Under the pieces are notes generated by a model, which saw only the letters and a list, made by a program, of their open reading frames with translations, was not told the DNA's origin and did not search any database. Of a DNA stretch of 64,000 nucleotides, positions 61,654 to 64,000 are shown one piece after another (the stretch's first letter is position 1; the number at the start of each line of letters is the position of its first letter). The position numbers and the translations under genes were made by a program. This DNA is from Gammaproteobacteria bacterium (GTDB lineage Bacteria > Pseudomonadota > Gammaproteobacteria > Xanthomonadales > SZUA-36). Location of the stretch: assembly GCA_024277815.1 (NCBI GenBank), contig JAJRUM010000056.1:19592-83591 (forward strand), given 5' to 3'.

Positions 61654-64000
61654 CTAGCGGGTCGCAACCAGCAATTGGTTCAGGGAGCGAACAGCGACAG
61701 AAACTGTTGCGTAATCCATTGAAGTCAGATTGTGCATGTCGCTGAGCATGCTGGAAAAACGCTCCACATCTTCGTTATTGGCAATAATCCAGCTACCTAC
61801 AGCATCTTTATCCTCAGGGAAAGCCTGCAAAACCCTGTCAGCCAGCTTGCGGTGCTGTGAATACAGTTCATCGCGTAAGTTTCCTCGTGCGTGGGCGTGC
61901 CATTGCCCTTCTACAGGCAGATTTTCAACACTGTCACGTAGCCACTTCAAGCGCAACTTATCCCCCAAACCGAAGAACACAGTCGCGACAGTCAAAACAT
62001 CAGTTCCTCTTCGAGCAGCCGTTTCAACCACATCCAGGGCAGGATATAGCAAGTGCATGCTGGCTGCCCGGAGCGCCAGCGCTTTCGGCATCCCACCTGC
62101 CAGCATGGGTTCAGACCGCTCCTGAACCTGAAGTTTTTCTGCAGCACTCAGTGAGTGTCTTATCTTCTTCTCAAGAACTTCCAGACCCGATGCCAGCCGT
62201 TCGATACTGGCGTGAATGTCCGTTTTGAGGCCGCTCTGATTCAATACCCATCGGGTAGCCTGGCGCAACAGGTTCCACATCGCGATTGTGGCACTGATCT
62301 GCAGGCTGCTGTCGACCTTGTTATCCAGTGACTCTATCCGACTCCAGAAGCTCCGCGCACGGAAAATCTCGCGCGCGATCGTAAATGCCCGCGCCACCTC
62401 GGCAGCCGTCGCACCGGTATCTTCATGCATGCGCAAGGCAAAGGAAGCACCCATGCGGTTGACCATACTGTTAGTCACCTGGGTAGCAATGATTTCACGT
62501 TTAAGCCGGTGACCCTGCATATACGCGCTGTATTTATCCTGCAATGGTTGCGGGAAGTAACGCTGCAATTCCTGCGACAACCAGGGGTCTTCCGGCACAT
62601 CGGAATCAAGCAACTGCCGGTACAGCATGATCTTGCTGTAGGACAACAGGACCGCCAGCTCAGGTCGATACAGGCCCTTACCGGCAGCACGCCGCCGGGT
62701 CAACTCCTCGTCATACGGAAGTTGCTCAAGATCACGATCCAGCAGACCTTCTTCTTCCAGTACAGAGATAAAGTGCTGCTTGGCGCCAAGGCGGTCGCCG
62801 GTCAGCACTTCCATCATGGAAATAGTTTGTGATTGCAGGTAGTTACTGCGCAGGACCAGTTCAGCAACCTCGTCCGTCATCTCCGCCAGCAACTGGTTGC
62901 GGTTGGTGGAGCTCAATTTGCCGGCCCGCATGACCTGATTGAGTAATATCTTGATGTTGACCTCATGGTCCGAACAATCGACACCCGCTGAATTATCGAT
63001 GAAGTCCGTGTTGATACGCCCTCCGGCCTGCGCATATTCAATACGCCCATGTTGTGTAAAGCCGAGGTTGCCACCCTCACCCACAACTTTGCAACGCAAT
63101 TCCTTACCATTGATACGCAGCCAGTTATTTTGCGCATCACCCACTTCTGCATTGCTCTCGCGGGATGATTTGACGTATGTGCCAATACCACCATTCCACA
63201 GCAGGTCGACTTCGGCCTTCAACAGCTCGCGAATCAGGTCATTGGGAGCCAGGTGCTTTTCTTCGATACCCAGCCAGGCCCGGACCTCACGGCTGATGGG
63301 AATACTTTTCTCCAGCCTTGAGAAAATTCCGCCCCCCTTTGAAATCAGCTCACGGTTGTATTCTTCCCAACCCGAGCGTGGGAGTTTGAACAGCCGCTTG
63401 CGCTCTTTAAACGAGGCTTTGATATCCGGATCCGGGTCCAGGAAAATGTGCATATGATTGAAGGCCGCTTTAAGCTGAATATGGTTTGACAACAGCATGC
63501 CATTGCCAAACACATCCCCGGACATGTCGCCAATGCCCAGTACGCTGAAGGGTTCCTTCTGGATGTTCCTGCCCATTTCCCTGAAATGGCGCTTGACACC
63601 CTCCCAGGCACCACGGGCTGTAATTGCAATCGCTTTATGGTCATAACCCACAGAACCGCCGGAAGCGAAAGCATCGCCCAGCCAGAAACCGCGCTCAAGG
63701 GCAATCTCATTGGCGGTATCTGAGAATGTCGCGGTACCTTTATCTGCAGCAACAACCAGGTAGGGGTCATCTCCGTCACGCCGTATCAGGCCAGTTGGAG
63801 GAATAATTTTTTCTTCATCTAGATTATCTGTTATATCTAATAAACCATTGATAAGTATTTTATAACACTTTATAACCTCTGCCATTACCTCGTCTCGGCT
63901 GCCACCCACCGGCAAATGTTTGACGACAAACCCACCCTTTGCACCCACCGGCACAATGATGGTGTTTTTGACATTCTGGGCCTTCATCAGGCCAAGTACT
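61654..64000 (-). CDS. gdhB: NAD-specific glutamate dehydrogenase, large (~1600 aa) type, C-terminal ~780 aa (5' end lies outside the window)
   Basis: The frame stays open to the window edge. IVPVGAKGGFV, VVAADKGTATFSD, GGSVGYDHK and the long helical C-terminal region are typical of Bac_GDH enzymes. Confidence 0.9.
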   Translation of the reverse strand, partial: VLGLMKAQNVKNTIIVPVGAKGGFVVKHLPVGGSRDEVMAEVIKCYKILINGLLDITDNLDEEKIIPPTGLIRRDGDDPYLVVAADKGTATFSDTANEIALERGFWLGDAFASGGSVGYDHKAIAITARGAWEGVKRHFREMGRNIQKEPFSVLGIGDMSGDVFGNGMLLSNHIQLKAAFNHMHIFLDPDPDIKASFKERKRLFKLPRSGWEEYNRELISKGGGIFSRLEKSIPISREVRAWLGIEEKHLAPNDLIRELLKAEVDLLWNGGIGTYVKSSRESNAEVGDAQNNWLRINGKELRCKVVGEGGNLGFTQHGRIEYAQAGGRINTDFIDNSAGVDCSDHEVNIKILLNQVMRAGKLSSTNRNQLLAEMTDEVAELVLRSNYLQSQTISMMEVLTGDRLGAKQHFISVLEEEGLLDRDLEQLPYDEELTRRRAAGKGLYRPELAVLLSYSKIMLYRQLLDSDVPEDPWLSQELQRYFPQPLQDKYSAYMQGHRLKREIIATQVTNSMVNRMGASFALRMHEDTGATAAEVARAFTIAREIFRARSFWSRIESLDNKVDSSLQISATIAMWNLLRQATRWVLNQSGLKTDIHASIERLASGLEVLEKKIRHSLSAAEKLQVQERSEPMLAGGMPKALALRAASMHLLYPALDVVETAARRGTDVLTVATVFFGLGDKLRLKWLRDSVENLPVEGQWHAHARGNLRDELYSQHRKLADRVLQAFPEDKDAVGSWIIANNEDVERFSSMLSDMHNLTSMDYATVSVAVRSLNQLLVATR

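Overview
This is a gene-dense chromosomal segment of a gammaproteobacterium. Synteny resembles Pseudomonas/Cellvibrionales: rpoE(algU)-rseA-rseB-rseC-mucD, lepA-lepB-rnc-era-recO-pdxJ, guaBA and xseA. I call about 55 protein genes, nearly all recognisable by eye from the translations. Many are translationally coupled through 1-13 nt overlaps, and several convergent pairs have almost no spacer. I saw no rRNA, tRNA, CRISPR array, transposase, integrase or phage gene. Most of the window is housekeeping: purine and pyrimidine metabolism, translation factors, the envelope-stress sigma-E operon, central carbon metabolism and cell-wall recycling. Seven parts look non-core or under-explained. (1) At 15.4-22.1 kb a membrane module surrounds tadA: two polytopic sulfatase-fold paralogues, a kinase-like/SAM-methyltransferase fusion and a 67-aa membrane peptide. 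This is my best candidate for an undescribed system. (2) At 30156-30308 a 153-bp element with 29-bp near-perfect terminal inverted repeats and competing internal hairpins lies between a VWA lipoprotein gene and an ECF sigma/anti-sigma/YigZ string. (3) An ALDH16-type two-domain aldehyde dehydrogenase is paired with a eukaryote-type (DERA-like) deoxyribose-phosphate aldolase. (4) A roughly 40-codon relic of a TonB-dependent receptor C-terminus lies upstream of a glpQ-like/glpT pair. (5) An orphan aceK follows glpT and overlaps metA tail-to-tail. (6) A winged-helix protein with a basic Pro/Ala/Lys tail is divergent from nhaA. (7) There are smaller structural oddities: an AT-rich spacer, a double hairpin after mucD and a shared CTAG stop. 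All functional calls rest on my recognition of protein families from the translations. No database search was run.
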